Assembly (NCBI GenBank): GCA_963817385.1
Contig: CAWFOM010000001.1
Span: 1-64,000, forward strand
Direction: 5' to 3'
Length of the DNA: 64,000 nucleotides
Source of the DNA: an uncultured delta proteobacterium
GTDB taxonomy: Bacteria; Desulfobacterota; Syntrophia; Syntrophales; UBA5619
In this document: positions 38,991 through 48,165 of the stretch, one piece after another
How positions within the stretch are numbered: position 1 is the stretch's first letter
How the letters are laid out: the number at the start of each line of letters is the position of its first letter
Notes under the pieces: model-generated
The model's input: only the letters and a program-made list of their open reading frames with translations
What the model was told of the DNA's origin: nothing
The model's database searches: none
Program-made: the position numbers and the translations under genes

Positions 38991-39998
38991 ATGAGAAAGA
39001 TTGGGATTTTATCTGTTTTTTTCTTGTTGGCCAGCGCAAGTATGGCCGGAGCGACGATGTCGCAGTTCATGAGTTACACGGATAACGGGGCAGGCATGAG
39101 CGTTGATGCCAAGGGACTTGCGGATAACACCCTGGGCGTTATCAGTGCGGACATACCCGTGGGGGCATCGGTTTACAAGGCCTTTCTCTATTCGGCTGCG
39201 GTGGGGTATTCCGGCAACCCGCTTGTAGACGTTGTATTTGAAGGCAATACCCTCACGTCGGACGTTGCCAGCAGGCTCGATGTTGGCGCAAGGGATGGCA
39301 ACTCCTGGGTTTCGGAAAACCGCTGGGATGTAACCTCCATCGTTCAGGCCAAGGTCGGCTCGGGCAGCGGGCTTTTCAGCTTTGACCTTACGGAGACGGG
39401 CTATCTGGACGGCGAGGTCCTTACCGTACTTTACTATGATACAACCAAGCCGGTCAATACCGCGATCATTTACGACGGCGAGCTGGCTACCACCGGTGAT
39501 TTTTTCAATATCGCCCTTACCACGCCTGTCGATAAGACTAACCCTAACTTTTTCGCCACCATGTCGCTGGGCATTTCCTACAGCTTTCAGTTTGGCGGCG
39601 GCGATGTCACCGGACAGTGGTCGCAAGTTGATGTGAACGGTCAGAGGATGACCTCAAGCGCCGGGGGCGAAGATGACGGTTTTAGTGCGAATGGTGGCCT
39701 CATCACTGCAGGGGGCATCGGTGACAGCATAGCACTCCCGGCTAGTGCAATTGCCAACGGCGGCAGCGCCCGGTATGACGATGAACTGTACGGTATAGAG
39801 AGTTTCTTATCCAACGGCGAAACGTTGATTAGCATTAGAACACTGAATCCGTCAAACGATGACAACGTCTTCTTCCTGGGCTTCACTACCCTAGGCGAAG
39901 CTAAGGATGTCTCGACGGTCCCGGAGCCGGCTACCCTCCTCATGCTCGGTGCGGGTCTTTTGGGACTTGCGGGAGCCAAAAGAAAGCTCCGTAACTGA
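38991..39998 (+). CDS. PEP-CTERM sorting-domain surface protein
   Basis: Signal peptide; G/D/S/T-rich body; VPEPATLLMLGAGLLGLAGAKRK; AGGAGG RBS. Confidence 0.93.
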   Translation: MRKIGILSVFFLLASASMAGATMSQFMSYTDNGAGMSVDAKGLADNTLGVISADIPVGASVYKAFLYSAAVGYSGNPLVDVVFEGNTLTSDVASRLDVGARDGNSWVSENRWDVTSIVQAKVGSGSGLFSFDLTETGYLDGEVLTVLYYDTTKPVNTAIIYDGELATTGDFFNIALTTPVDKTNPNFFATMSLGISYSFQFGGGDVTGQWSQVDVNGQRMTSSAGGEDDGFSANGGLITAGGIGDSIALPASAIANGGSARYDDELYGIESFLSNGETLISIRTLNPSNDDNVFFLGFTTLGEAKDVSTVPEPATLLMLGAGLLGLAGAKRKLRN

Positions 39999-40023
39999 GT
40001 CGCTTATATAAATTTTTTTTATG

Positions 40024-40058
40024 AAAGGCAGGGCCAATCGGCTCTGCCTTTCTTGTTT
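40024..40058 (+). terminator. Intrinsic terminator
   Basis: AAAGGCAGGGCC-AATC-GGCTCTGCCTTT followed by a T-rich tail. Confidence 0.75.
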
Positions 40059-40340
40059 AGTTCATTCGGCAATCATCAACTCCAAGGTCAACGCCCCATG
40101 GCACAGTTGTGACAGCGATAACCAGCATGGTTCTGACTATCCTTGATCTTACCTGAGCAGTTCGGAGTGAAGGCTGCTACACAAGGGCATCAACCTCTGT
40201 TACTGACTATCAATATAAATAATTAATGACCTCTTGGTCCCATCGGGGTATTGAGGAGTAGCTGAGAGAGTGAGTCATCCTGAAGGTATAACTTTTCTTC
40301 AAATCAGAAATGTATGCTTGAATCGGATCAACCTGTTTCC

Positions 40341-41073
40341 CTATCCTTTGCCTCGCTCCGACCGGTCCCGGATCAGCGCCTCGATGTCGAGCAGGCGCTC
40401 CAGAGAGTCGATGACCGGCGCGGCGGTCTCCGCCGCGGGCCAGTTCCTCGTTACGGAGCGGTGCCGAAGCCAGACGGGATGCATGCCCACGGCCTCCGAG
40501 CCGCGGACGTCGATCCTGAGGTCGTCGCCCACATAGACCGCCTCGCCCGGAGCGATCGCCAGTTGCTCGAGGCAGAGGCAGAAGGGCGCGGGATCCGGTT
40601 TCGCCGGGATTCCCGCTTCGCCGGCGATGACGATCACCTCGAAAAACCGCTCCAGTTCCGGATAATTGCTGAGGCGGTGTTTTTCTTCCTTCTGCTGTCC
40701 CTGGGTATTGGTGATCAGCGCCAGGCGGTACCCCCGGGCGAGAAGCGTCTCCAGGACCGTTTCCGTTTCGGGAAACGGCCGGGTCATCGCCTTGATCCGC
40801 TCCCAGTAGTCGGTTTCCCACTGTTCGATCAAGGCAGGATCGATCCGCTCGGCCGTAATGGCGGAAGACCTCCTCCAGAAGCGCCCTCCGGGAAAAGATG
40901 GACTGGTTATGAAGACGGGTCCGGATTTGCCGATAGACATCCAGAAACCCCTCCCGCAGGGACGGGGACAGAAGCGCGACGGCCTTGTTCTGCAGCTCCT
41001 TCTCCGCCGCCCGGAAACCGTCCGCCGAATCGACGAGCGTCTGGCCGAAGTCGAAAACAACCGCCCGGATCAT
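40341..41073 (-). CDS. HAD-superfamily hydrolase (subfamily IA); frameshift near 40850
   Basis: MIRAVVFDFGQTLVD (ORF 40210..41139) joins ITN, KPDP, YVGDDLRIDV (ORF 40341..41060). Confidence 0.8.
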
Positions 41074-41146
41074 CTGAATCTTCTCCCGCCGATCACGGTG
41101 AATCATCCTCCAATACCGGCGCGGTTGCCGCCCCGGCATATCCTTA

Positions 41147-41803
41147 TCACCCGTCGAGCGCTTCGATACGCCGGATCTCCGCCGGCACCTCCCTGCTCGT
41201 GGAAAGTACCCGCCATGAGCCGGGAAACGGATAGCCCCGCGTCAGATCGTTCGGAACAACCAGGCAGCGGATGCCGGCCGCCCGGGCCGAGGCCAGGCCG
41301 CGCGGCGAATCCTCGACGACGAGACACTCGTCGGGTCCGTACCCGCACTTCTCCATCGCCGTCCGGTACGGTTCCGGATCGGGCTTCGACAGGGTAAAAT
41401 CCTCACGGGTCAGGATGAAGTCGAAGTGGGGAAGAAGCCCCGTCTTTTGGTGCATCGTCTCGAAATGCTCCCGCCGGGAGCTGGTCACGATCCCCATGAC
41501 CATCTTCCCCCGAAGCTCGGCGAGGGTCTCTTCGACGCCCTCCATGATCCGGACCCCGCCCCGCAGGAGTTCCGCATAGCGCCTGTTTCTCTCCTCATGA
41601 AGCCGGTCGATGACCTCCTGCGGAACCCCCTTCTCCGCGGCCAGGACGAAGGCGCTGCGCCCCTCCGAAAGCGAGATCCGCTGGAAAAGCGCCTCCGTCA
41701 GCGTCACGCCGGTCCTCAGGAGGAGCTCGCGGGTCGCCTGGAAATAGAGCTTCTCCGTGTCCACCAGAACGCCGTCGTTATCCCAGAATACCGCCCGGAT
41801 CAT
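41147..41803 (-). CDS. HAD-IA phosphatase (beta-PGM/CbbY-like)
   Basis: WDNDGVLVDTE, IVTSS, KPDPEPY, VEDSPRG. Confidence 0.9.
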   Translation of the reverse strand: MIRAVFWDNDGVLVDTEKLYFQATRELLLRTGVTLTEALFQRISLSEGRSAFVLAAEKGVPQEVIDRLHEERNRRYAELLRGGVRIMEGVEETLAELRGKMVMGIVTSSRREHFETMHQKTGLLPHFDFILTREDFTLSKPDPEPYRTAMEKCGYGPDECLVVEDSPRGLASARAAGIRCLVVPNDLTRGYPFPGSWRVLSTSREVPAEIRRIEALDG

Positions 41804-41903
41804 CGTTACCCCTTCATCAAAATATAAGGACGGCCGCCTTGCTGCTGCGGCCGTCCACAACTACCGTATCCGCTGAAGTTTGGCAAGCGGGAAGATCAGG
41901 AGA

Positions 41904-43298
41904 TCAATCCTTCCCCCACTTCTTCAGATAGCTTCCGAAGAGCGCGTCGTCCGGCGGCTGGTAATTCGCAACGGGCGTCGCCACGCGGGTGTACATGAGA
42001 AACTGCCGCCAGTTGATGTTCTCGCAGCTGATGTTGCCGGCCCAGGTCCCGCAGCCCAGCGTATCCGTGAAGCCCAGATGGCTCGTCCAGCCGCCGCTGT
42101 TCGCCTCCGTATGCCCCATGTTGCAGACAACGCGGCTCACGTTCGCGCGAAGCCCGATCTTATCGATCCGCTCATCGATCGTCGTCTGGATATTCACCGA
42201 GTGGCCTTCGCCGGAAAACTTCAGGATCTTCTCCATCCGGTCCAGCATCTCATCGAAGTCCGTCCACTTCCAGACGGTCAGGACCGGGGAGAGCTTCTCC
42301 CCGGAGAAGCGGTCCTCCCGGCCGATCTTCTCGCCCATCACCATCAGGATCTTCGTCTCCGCGGGCACCTTCAATCCCGCCAGATCGGCGATAAACGGCG
42401 CCGACTTCGCCACGACGTCGCGGTTCAGCGTATGGCCGTCGGGCCACATCGTCTTGCGCAGGATCTCGCGCTCCTCCGTGGAGCACAGGTACCCGCCCTC
42501 CGCTTTCAGGGCCGCGATCATCTTGTCGAAGATGGCCTCCTCGATGGCGATCGCGTTCTCCGAGGAACAGGAGGCCGCATTGTTGGCCGTCTTCGACTTC
42601 CTGAGCCGCATGGCCACGCCGGGGAGATCGGCCTCGACGCTCGAATCCACGATGGAGATGACGTTCCCCGCGCCCACGGTCTGCGCGGGGACCCCGGCCG
42701 CGTAGACGACCTTCACCAGGGCCGCGCCGCCCGTCGCCACCGCGTAGTCGCAGTTGGCCATGAGTTCCTGGGTCTTCTCATTGCTCGTGTGCCGGATGCA
42801 CTGGGCGAGATCGACCGGGGCGCCGACCTTTGCCAGGGCCTTCCGGATATGCTCCACCGTCGTGTAGGTGGCCAGCTCCGTCCGGGGATGGGGTGAACAG
42901 ATGATCGCATTTCGCGTCTTAAGCGTGGAAAGCGCGATACAGCAGACCGTGGATTCCGGGTTTGTGCAGGGAACGACGTTGGCGATCACCCCGATGGGCT
43001 TCGCGTACTTCCGGATCCCCTTGGCCTTGTCCTCTTCCACCAGGCCGCAGGTCTTCACCCCGATCTGGTCGTAGAGCGTTCCGCGAACCTTCGTCCCGAT
43101 CTTGTGGACCTTGTCCTCATAGACGCCGATCCCTGAGCCCTCCACCGCCAGACGGGCAAGCTCCTTGGCGGTCTCCTCCTTCTGAAGCTCCCAGCCTACG
43201 GCCAGAACCATCTCGTCGACCTTCTCCTGCGGCCAGAATTCCACGACCTTGAATGCCGCCCGCGCCTTCTCGTACATCTCCTTGATGTTGTCTTCCAT
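41904..43298 (-). CDS. CoA-acylating aldehyde dehydrogenase, SauS (sulfoacetaldehyde dehydrogenase)-like
   Basis: PCTNP, ATGG, GAGN, ASCSSEN (catalytic Cys), FSGEKLSPVL, GCGTWAGN; C-terminus resembles SauS as recalled. Confidence 0.85.
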   Translation of the reverse strand: MEDNIKEMYEKARAAFKVVEFWPQEKVDEMVLAVGWELQKEETAKELARLAVEGSGIGVYEDKVHKIGTKVRGTLYDQIGVKTCGLVEEDKAKGIRKYAKPIGVIANVVPCTNPESTVCCIALSTLKTRNAIICSPHPRTELATYTTVEHIRKALAKVGAPVDLAQCIRHTSNEKTQELMANCDYAVATGGAALVKVVYAAGVPAQTVGAGNVISIVDSSVEADLPGVAMRLRKSKTANNAASCSSENAIAIEEAIFDKMIAALKAEGGYLCSTEEREILRKTMWPDGHTLNRDVVAKSAPFIADLAGLKVPAETKILMVMGEKIGREDRFSGEKLSPVLTVWKWTDFDEMLDRMEKILKFSGEGHSVNIQTTIDERIDKIGLRANVSRVVCNMGHTEANSGGWTSHLGFTDTLGCGTWAGNISCENINWRQFLMYTRVATPVANYQPPDDALFGSYLKKWGKD

Positions 43299-43313
43299 GG
43301 ATTCCTTCCTCTT

Positions 43314-43937
43314 CTATGAATGTTTCATCACGATGCTGGAAATGATGTTGGCCGCCTCGTCTCCGCGGTCTGCGGCGTTACTGAGATGGCGATAGATCTC
43401 CCGCATCTTGAGCATGAATACCGGATCATCCCCCCGAAACAGGTGGGACAGGGCGAGGCGGTACGCCCCCTCCATCGTATTCTCGTAGGCCTTTGCCTTG
43501 ACCGCGTGGACGGCGGCCACCTTCGGCTGTTCCTCGAGATGCTTGATGGCCAGGTTGATCTCTCGTCCGGCGCTGATCAGGATGTTCACCATCTCCTTGA
43601 CATGGCCGTCAGCGGGGACTTCATAGATTTCCATCTCCAGTACGGTGGAGTTAGCGTAGTCCATGACATCGTCAATGATCCGGGAGAGGTTGAAGATATC
43701 CTCCCTGTCCAGCGGCGTGACGAAGGTCTTGTCCAGCTCCTGGATCAGGATCAGCCGGAGATCATCCGCGTCGGTCTCGCACTTCTTCACCTGCTTTGCC
43801 GTCTCGGAACTGCGGTTATCCATGTAGCTTGCCAGGGCCTCGAGACCCTCCAGGGTCTTTTGGGACTGCTGGTACAGGAGGTCGTAAAAGATGTCCTTGT
43901 GTTTCGCAAATAGCCCTTTCCGTATGTTGAATACCAC
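43314..43937 (-). CDS. DUF47 (PhoU-like) PiT accessory protein
   Basis: ETDADDLR, TFVTPLDREDI, REIYRHLSNAADRGD. Confidence 0.9.
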   Translation of the reverse strand: MVFNIRKGLFAKHKDIFYDLLYQQSQKTLEGLEALASYMDNRSSETAKQVKKCETDADDLRLILIQELDKTFVTPLDREDIFNLSRIIDDVMDYANSTVLEMEIYEVPADGHVKEMVNILISAGREINLAIKHLEEQPKVAAVHAVKAKAYENTMEGAYRLALSHLFRGDDPVFMLKMREIYRHLSNAADRGDEAANIISSIVMKHS

Positions 43938-43959
43938 TTCAGCGCTCCTTTCTCCGCTT

Positions 43960-44991
43960 TTAAAAGCTCGGATGCATTGCCTTGATCGCGTAAAACACCA
44001 CCCCGGCGACGACCGCCGAAGCCGGGATGGTGATGAACCATGCGGTCACGATGTCCTTCGCCACGGTCCAGCGCACTGCGGAGAGACGCTGCCCCGCTCC
44101 GACACCGATGATGCTCGACGAGACGACATGCGTCGTGGATACCGGCCCTCCGAACATGGCCGCCGTGAGGATGACGGAGGCGGAGGCCGTCTGCGCGCAG
44201 AATGCGTGGACCGACCGAAGCCGGCAGATCTGCGAGCCCATCGTCCGGATGATCCGCCATCCCCCGGTGGCGCATCCGGCCGCGATCGCGCCGGCGCAGC
44301 TGGCGATCACCCAAAAGGGAATTTCGAACGCAGGGAAAATCCCCAAAATGACCAGGCTCATGACGATGACCCCCATCGACTTCTGGGCATCGTTGGCCCC
44401 GTGGCTCAGGGCGAGACAGATAGAGGAGACGATCTGCATCCGGTTGAAAAAGGCATTCGCACGGGGCGTCACGCGCTGCTTTTCTGCAATGGAACGGGTG
44501 ATCTTCAAAAACAGCCAGCCGAAAAACATGCCGATCAGCGGGGAAAGGATCAAAGACGCGAATACAAACGTCACCCCCTTCCAGATGATCTTGTCCGGGC
44601 CATAGGCGATGAGCACCGGACCGATCAACCCCCCGATCAGGGCATGGGAGGAACTCGAGGGGAGGCCGAACCACCAGGTGATCAGGTTCCAGGCAATGGC
44701 GCCGATCAGCGCCGCGATGATCAGACCGACGGAGAGGGCCACGGCGTTCGGGTCGAAGGCCGACGTGTCGATGATGTTCCTGCCGATCGTCTTGGCTACG
44801 GCCGTCCCGAAGAGAAAAGGCCCGATGAATTCGCAGATCGCGGCAATGGTCAAGGCCATCGCCGGCGACATGGCGCCCGTAACAATGATTGTCGCCACGA
44901 CATTCGCCGCATCATGGAAGCCATTGGAAAAATCGAAAAAGAGCGCCAGGGCAACCACCAAAACGGCCATGATCAGAACTGAAACTTCCAA
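43960..44991 (-). CDS. PiT-family inorganic phosphate transporter
   Basis: NGFHDAAN, PSSSSHAL, HGANDAQKSMG, PVSTTH; start uncertain (TTG after an RBS). Confidence 0.92.
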   Translation of the reverse strand: MEVSVLIMAVLVVALALFFDFSNGFHDAANVVATIIVTGAMSPAMALTIAAICEFIGPFLFGTAVAKTIGRNIIDTSAFDPNAVALSVGLIIAALIGAIAWNLITWWFGLPSSSSHALIGGLIGPVLIAYGPDKIIWKGVTFVFASLILSPLIGMFFGWLFLKITRSIAEKQRVTPRANAFFNRMQIVSSICLALSHGANDAQKSMGVIVMSLVILGIFPAFEIPFWVIASCAGAIAAGCATGGWRIIRTMGSQICRLRSVHAFCAQTASASVILTAAMFGGPVSTTHVVSSSIIGVGAGQRLSAVRWTVAKDIVTAWFITIPASAVVAGVVFYAIKAMHPSF

Positions 44992-45090
44992 GTGCACCTT
45001 CCTCGCACGTCTCACGACGCCTGTGAGATGCGTCGTTGCCGACTAAACCTCAACTCCGCAAAAAAGCAACCTGCCCTGAGGCCGTTTAAT

Positions 45091-45153
45091 ATGAAAATGC
45101 CCCCATCCCTCCCTCCCCCGTCGAGGGGAGGGAGGGATGGGGGTGATTTTCAT
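45091..45153. repeat. Long GC-rich intergenic palindrome (REP-like)
   Basis: ATGAAAATGCCCCCATCCCTCCCTCCCC-CGTCGA-GGGGAGGGAGGGATGGGGGTGATTTTCAT. Confidence 0.8.
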
Positions 45154-45228
45154 CCTTCGTTGTGCCCGACCCGGGCATGGGGGTTAGTCAGCCCGGGGAG
45201 ATCGCTCGGTCAGAGTCCGTTCGATCCG

Positions 45229-46224
45229 TCAGATCTTTCGGCGGGGGTCGTCGATCTCCTCCACGATCGCCCAGCCGGAACCCTGGATCTTCTGCCTCTC
45301 GATAAACGTCTCCTTCCACTCCTGGGGCGTCTGGGCCTCCATCGCTTTGGCAACCTTCTTCCTCTCCTCCAGCGTTGGCACCGGCCGGTCTTCCGGACCG
45401 ACATACCACTCTTTCGGGGTCAGGGTCTGCCCGAGCCGGACCGGCTCCTCGCACTCGACCTCCTCGCAGTAATGGGCGCCCGCGGCAAAGGCGCGGGTCA
45501 CGGCGAGAATGCTCCAGGCGGCCTCGGGCGTGAATCCGAGATCGAACATGGCGGCGCCGGTGGCGCCCAGAAGGTCGATGTCGACCGGCTCCTTGCTGAG
45601 CTTCCGGGCAGCCTTCACGATCTCCTTGATCAGCGATATGTATTTGCCCGCGACACCGAGCTTCTCGGCCCGGGCGATCATCCGCTTCGCGGTCGGGTCC
45701 TTCAGCATCAGGCCGGATACACCCAGCGCCGGATCGTTCAGCCTCTCCTTGACCACCGCCTCGACCACCTCGGCAAGCGGCTTTCCTTCTTTCGCCTGCC
45801 GGGCGAGGATGCCGTCCAGCATCCTCCCGAATGTTTGATAAGCGCCATAGGCATGGCCGAAGGCGAGGATCGAGGAACCGGCGGCCTGGGTCAGAATGGT
45901 CTTGCCGCCGGCGACGATCCGCGCGATGTTCGCCGGGGAGGAGAGACCGTCTTCCAGCATCACCACCATGACGTAGTTGAGCATCTTCTCCTCTTCGATC
46001 AGGGGAATCCGGGCCTGAAAGTCGACGAAGAGAACATCCGTCAAGCCGTATCCCGCCTCCACCAGTTCGGTCGTATCGTAACCCCTGGCAACAATGCGAT
46101 GGACGTTCTTATAGGCAACCTCGGACACCCACTGGAACCGGTCGCGCTTCGTATCCATCGGGACCGTGCCGCGTTCCCTGGTCCGGTAGTTAAAATTGAG
46201 TCTCGGATCGTCTAAATTGTCCAT
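45229..46224 (-). CDS. Citrate-synthase/citryl-CoA-lyase-fold protein B (non-canonical active site)
   Basis: RGYDTTEL, LEDGLSSPA, AFGHAYG, KDPTA, IDLLGATGA, TRAFAAGAH; start overlaps the upstream stop. Confidence 0.75.
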   Translation of the reverse strand: MDNLDDPRLNFNYRTRERGTVPMDTKRDRFQWVSEVAYKNVHRIVARGYDTTELVEAGYGLTDVLFVDFQARIPLIEEEKMLNYVMVVMLEDGLSSPANIARIVAGGKTILTQAAGSSILAFGHAYGAYQTFGRMLDGILARQAKEGKPLAEVVEAVVKERLNDPALGVSGLMLKDPTAKRMIARAEKLGVAGKYISLIKEIVKAARKLSKEPVDIDLLGATGAAMFDLGFTPEAAWSILAVTRAFAAGAHYCEEVECEEPVRLGQTLTPKEWYVGPEDRPVPTLEERKKVAKAMEAQTPQEWKETFIERQKIQGSGWAIVEEIDDPRRKI

Positions 46225-47105
46225 TTCTTGTATTCTCCTTCCTCTTTCTGTTTCCTCGCGTACTCCTGTCGCTCCGCCTGGCTGGGAACCTCCCGGTCGG
46301 CGGGACCCGCATATTTGATCATGGAGAGATCCAGCATCTGAACCATCGGCTCCCGCTTCGAGGCCGCCCAGGCGCGCCCCTTCTTCATCGTGTAGGTGGC
46401 ATGGGCCGCGCAGGAAAAGCCGCGGCAGACGCAGCCGATGCACCAGGCGGCGTTGGGGGAGAATCCCAGCTCCGCAAGCGCCGTGTTGCCCGCGCCGATC
46501 ATGTTCACCGCGACAAACGCCTTCCCCTCCCGCTTCCTCCGCGCGTTGAAGTGTTTCTCGATGGAACGCTGCAGGGCAAGATAGACCCCGCTGCAGAGCT
46601 GTTCGTGCTTGATGTGCGTCGGCTCCGCGCGAGGATCGCCGTCCAGATGCTGGGGCTGTCCCATCCCCATGACCGCCAGGCCCGCATCCATGTACTCGTC
46701 GACGAGGATCTTGCCCATCTCTTCGAGGCTCTTCCCTTCGACGCGGGCCCGCTCAATGTACTTGTGCATCATGTAGCCGTGCGCCGCTCCGGGGCCGTGC
46801 GCCGATCCGAAGGTCATGACGGCCGCCGCGACGGCCGCCGGAAGATTGGGCCTGCCGCCAATGACGGCAATGGCCGAGGCCGCCGACGGCGACATGGAAT
46901 GCTCCAGGAATTCCCCCGTTTCATACCGCAGCATGTCCGCTTCATTCTCCGCCGGGATGCGGTTCTGAAAGATGATGAACAGCATGTCATAGAACGTATA
47001 GCCCGCTTCCGCCAGATCGCTCACGTTGTAGCCCCTCACGACGGTCTTTTCCTCCGTCTTGTACGATATGGCCGTCTTTCGCTTAATCAACGGTTGTCTA
47101 TCCAT
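46212..47105 (-). CDS. Citrate-synthase/citryl-CoA-lyase-fold protein A (non-canonical active site)
   Basis: VVRGYNVSDL, LEHSMSPSA, FGSAHGPG, MGMGQPQH..DPRA, VNMIGA, CRGFSCAAH. Confidence 0.8.
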   Translation of the reverse strand: MDRQPLIKRKTAISYKTEEKTVVRGYNVSDLAEAGYTFYDMLFIIFQNRIPAENEADMLRYETGEFLEHSMSPSAASAIAVIGGRPNLPAAVAAAVMTFGSAHGPGAAHGYMMHKYIERARVEGKSLEEMGKILVDEYMDAGLAVMGMGQPQHLDGDPRAEPTHIKHEQLCSGVYLALQRSIEKHFNARRKREGKAFVAVNMIGAGNTALAELGFSPNAAWCIGCVCRGFSCAAHATYTMKKGRAWAASKREPMVQMLDLSMIKYAGPADREVPSQAERQEYARKQKEEGEYKKWTI

Positions 47106-47209
47106 TCAAATTCCCTCCCAGTAGTGTTGACGTTCGATTAGTATAAGAAGTTGAGTGCAAAATAGAAAAAGTCCAACTATTAGTCAAACTAATAATTTTT
47201 ATATTGCGG

Positions 47210-47224
47210 ATAACAAAATATTAT
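47210..47224. promoter_or_regulatory. Putative LysR box ATAA-N7-TTAT
   Basis: ATAACAAAATATTAT in the AT-rich leader about 105 bp upstream of the 47105 operon. Confidence 0.45.
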
Positions 47225-47256
47225 GCCTCGGGTGTTTTGGAATGCCGGATGCCCCA

Positions 47257-48129
47257 TTACCGGCTCAGGCCGATAGCGACCACGCCGGCGGTTATCAGCA
47301 CGGCGCCGATCATTTTCTGCCGTCCCTGTTTCTCCTTGAGCAAAACGACGCCGCAGTAGGCCGACAGGACGATGCTGACCTCGCGGACCGCAGCCACGTA
47401 ACTGACCTTGCTCATCGTAAGGGCGAAGAGGATCATCAGATAGGTGAAGCCGCTGAGAAACCCGACGGCAACGATGGATCCTTTGCGGCACTGCCATTCG
47501 GACTTCAGCCAATGGCGCTCCCGGATCAGGACCCAGGGGGTGATCACCAGCCAGGTGATCAGGAGCATGAGGTAGATATAGACAGGCGGATAGACCAGTC
47601 CGACGCCGACCTTGTCGACGAGCGAATAGCAGGCGATGCTGAGCCCCGTGAACAGCGCCCAGAGAGAGGCCCCGCCGCGGAGCGCCCGGAAGGGCTCCAG
47701 AACGGCTAAACGGCTGAAGGAGCGCAGGTGGATGCAGTAGATCCCGACGATGATCAGGGAGATCCCCAGCATCCCCAGGGGAAAGATCTCCTCCTTCAGG
47801 AGGATCACGGCCAGGACCGGAATGAAGAGTGGGCCTGCCCCCCTGGCCAGCGGATAGACCAGGGAAAGATCCCCCCGCTGATAGGCGCCCCCAATGCACC
47901 AGAAATAGACACCATGGATGAGGCCGGTGGCGACGATGCAGTACCATCCTTCCAGCGGGATGGTGAATTTCGGAAGGTAGTACAGGAACATAGGGATATA
48001 GAGGATTGCCGATATCAGGAGAAACCACCAGATGAAAACAATCTTCCGCTCGCTTTTCTTGAGCAGGTAGTTCCAGCCTGCATGGAGGAAGGCGGAGGCC
48101 AGAACGATGCCGAGGGCGACGCCGCTCAT
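47257..48129 (-). CDS. EamA/DMT-family transporter
   Basis: HAGWN, GDLSLVYPLARG, YSLVDK, AAVREVS. Confidence 0.88.
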   Translation of the reverse strand: MSGVALGIVLASAFLHAGWNYLLKKSERKIVFIWWFLLISAILYIPMFLYYLPKFTIPLEGWYCIVATGLIHGVYFWCIGGAYQRGDLSLVYPLARGAGPLFIPVLAVILLKEEIFPLGMLGISLIIVGIYCIHLRSFSRLAVLEPFRALRGGASLWALFTGLSIACYSLVDKVGVGLVYPPVYIYLMLLITWLVITPWVLIRERHWLKSEWQCRKGSIVAVGFLSGFTYLMILFALTMSKVSYVAAVREVSIVLSAYCGVVLLKEKQGRQKMIGAVLITAGVVAIGLSR

Positions 48130-48165
48130 CGGTCCGCCACCGTTTCTTCCCACCTTTCCAAAAGG

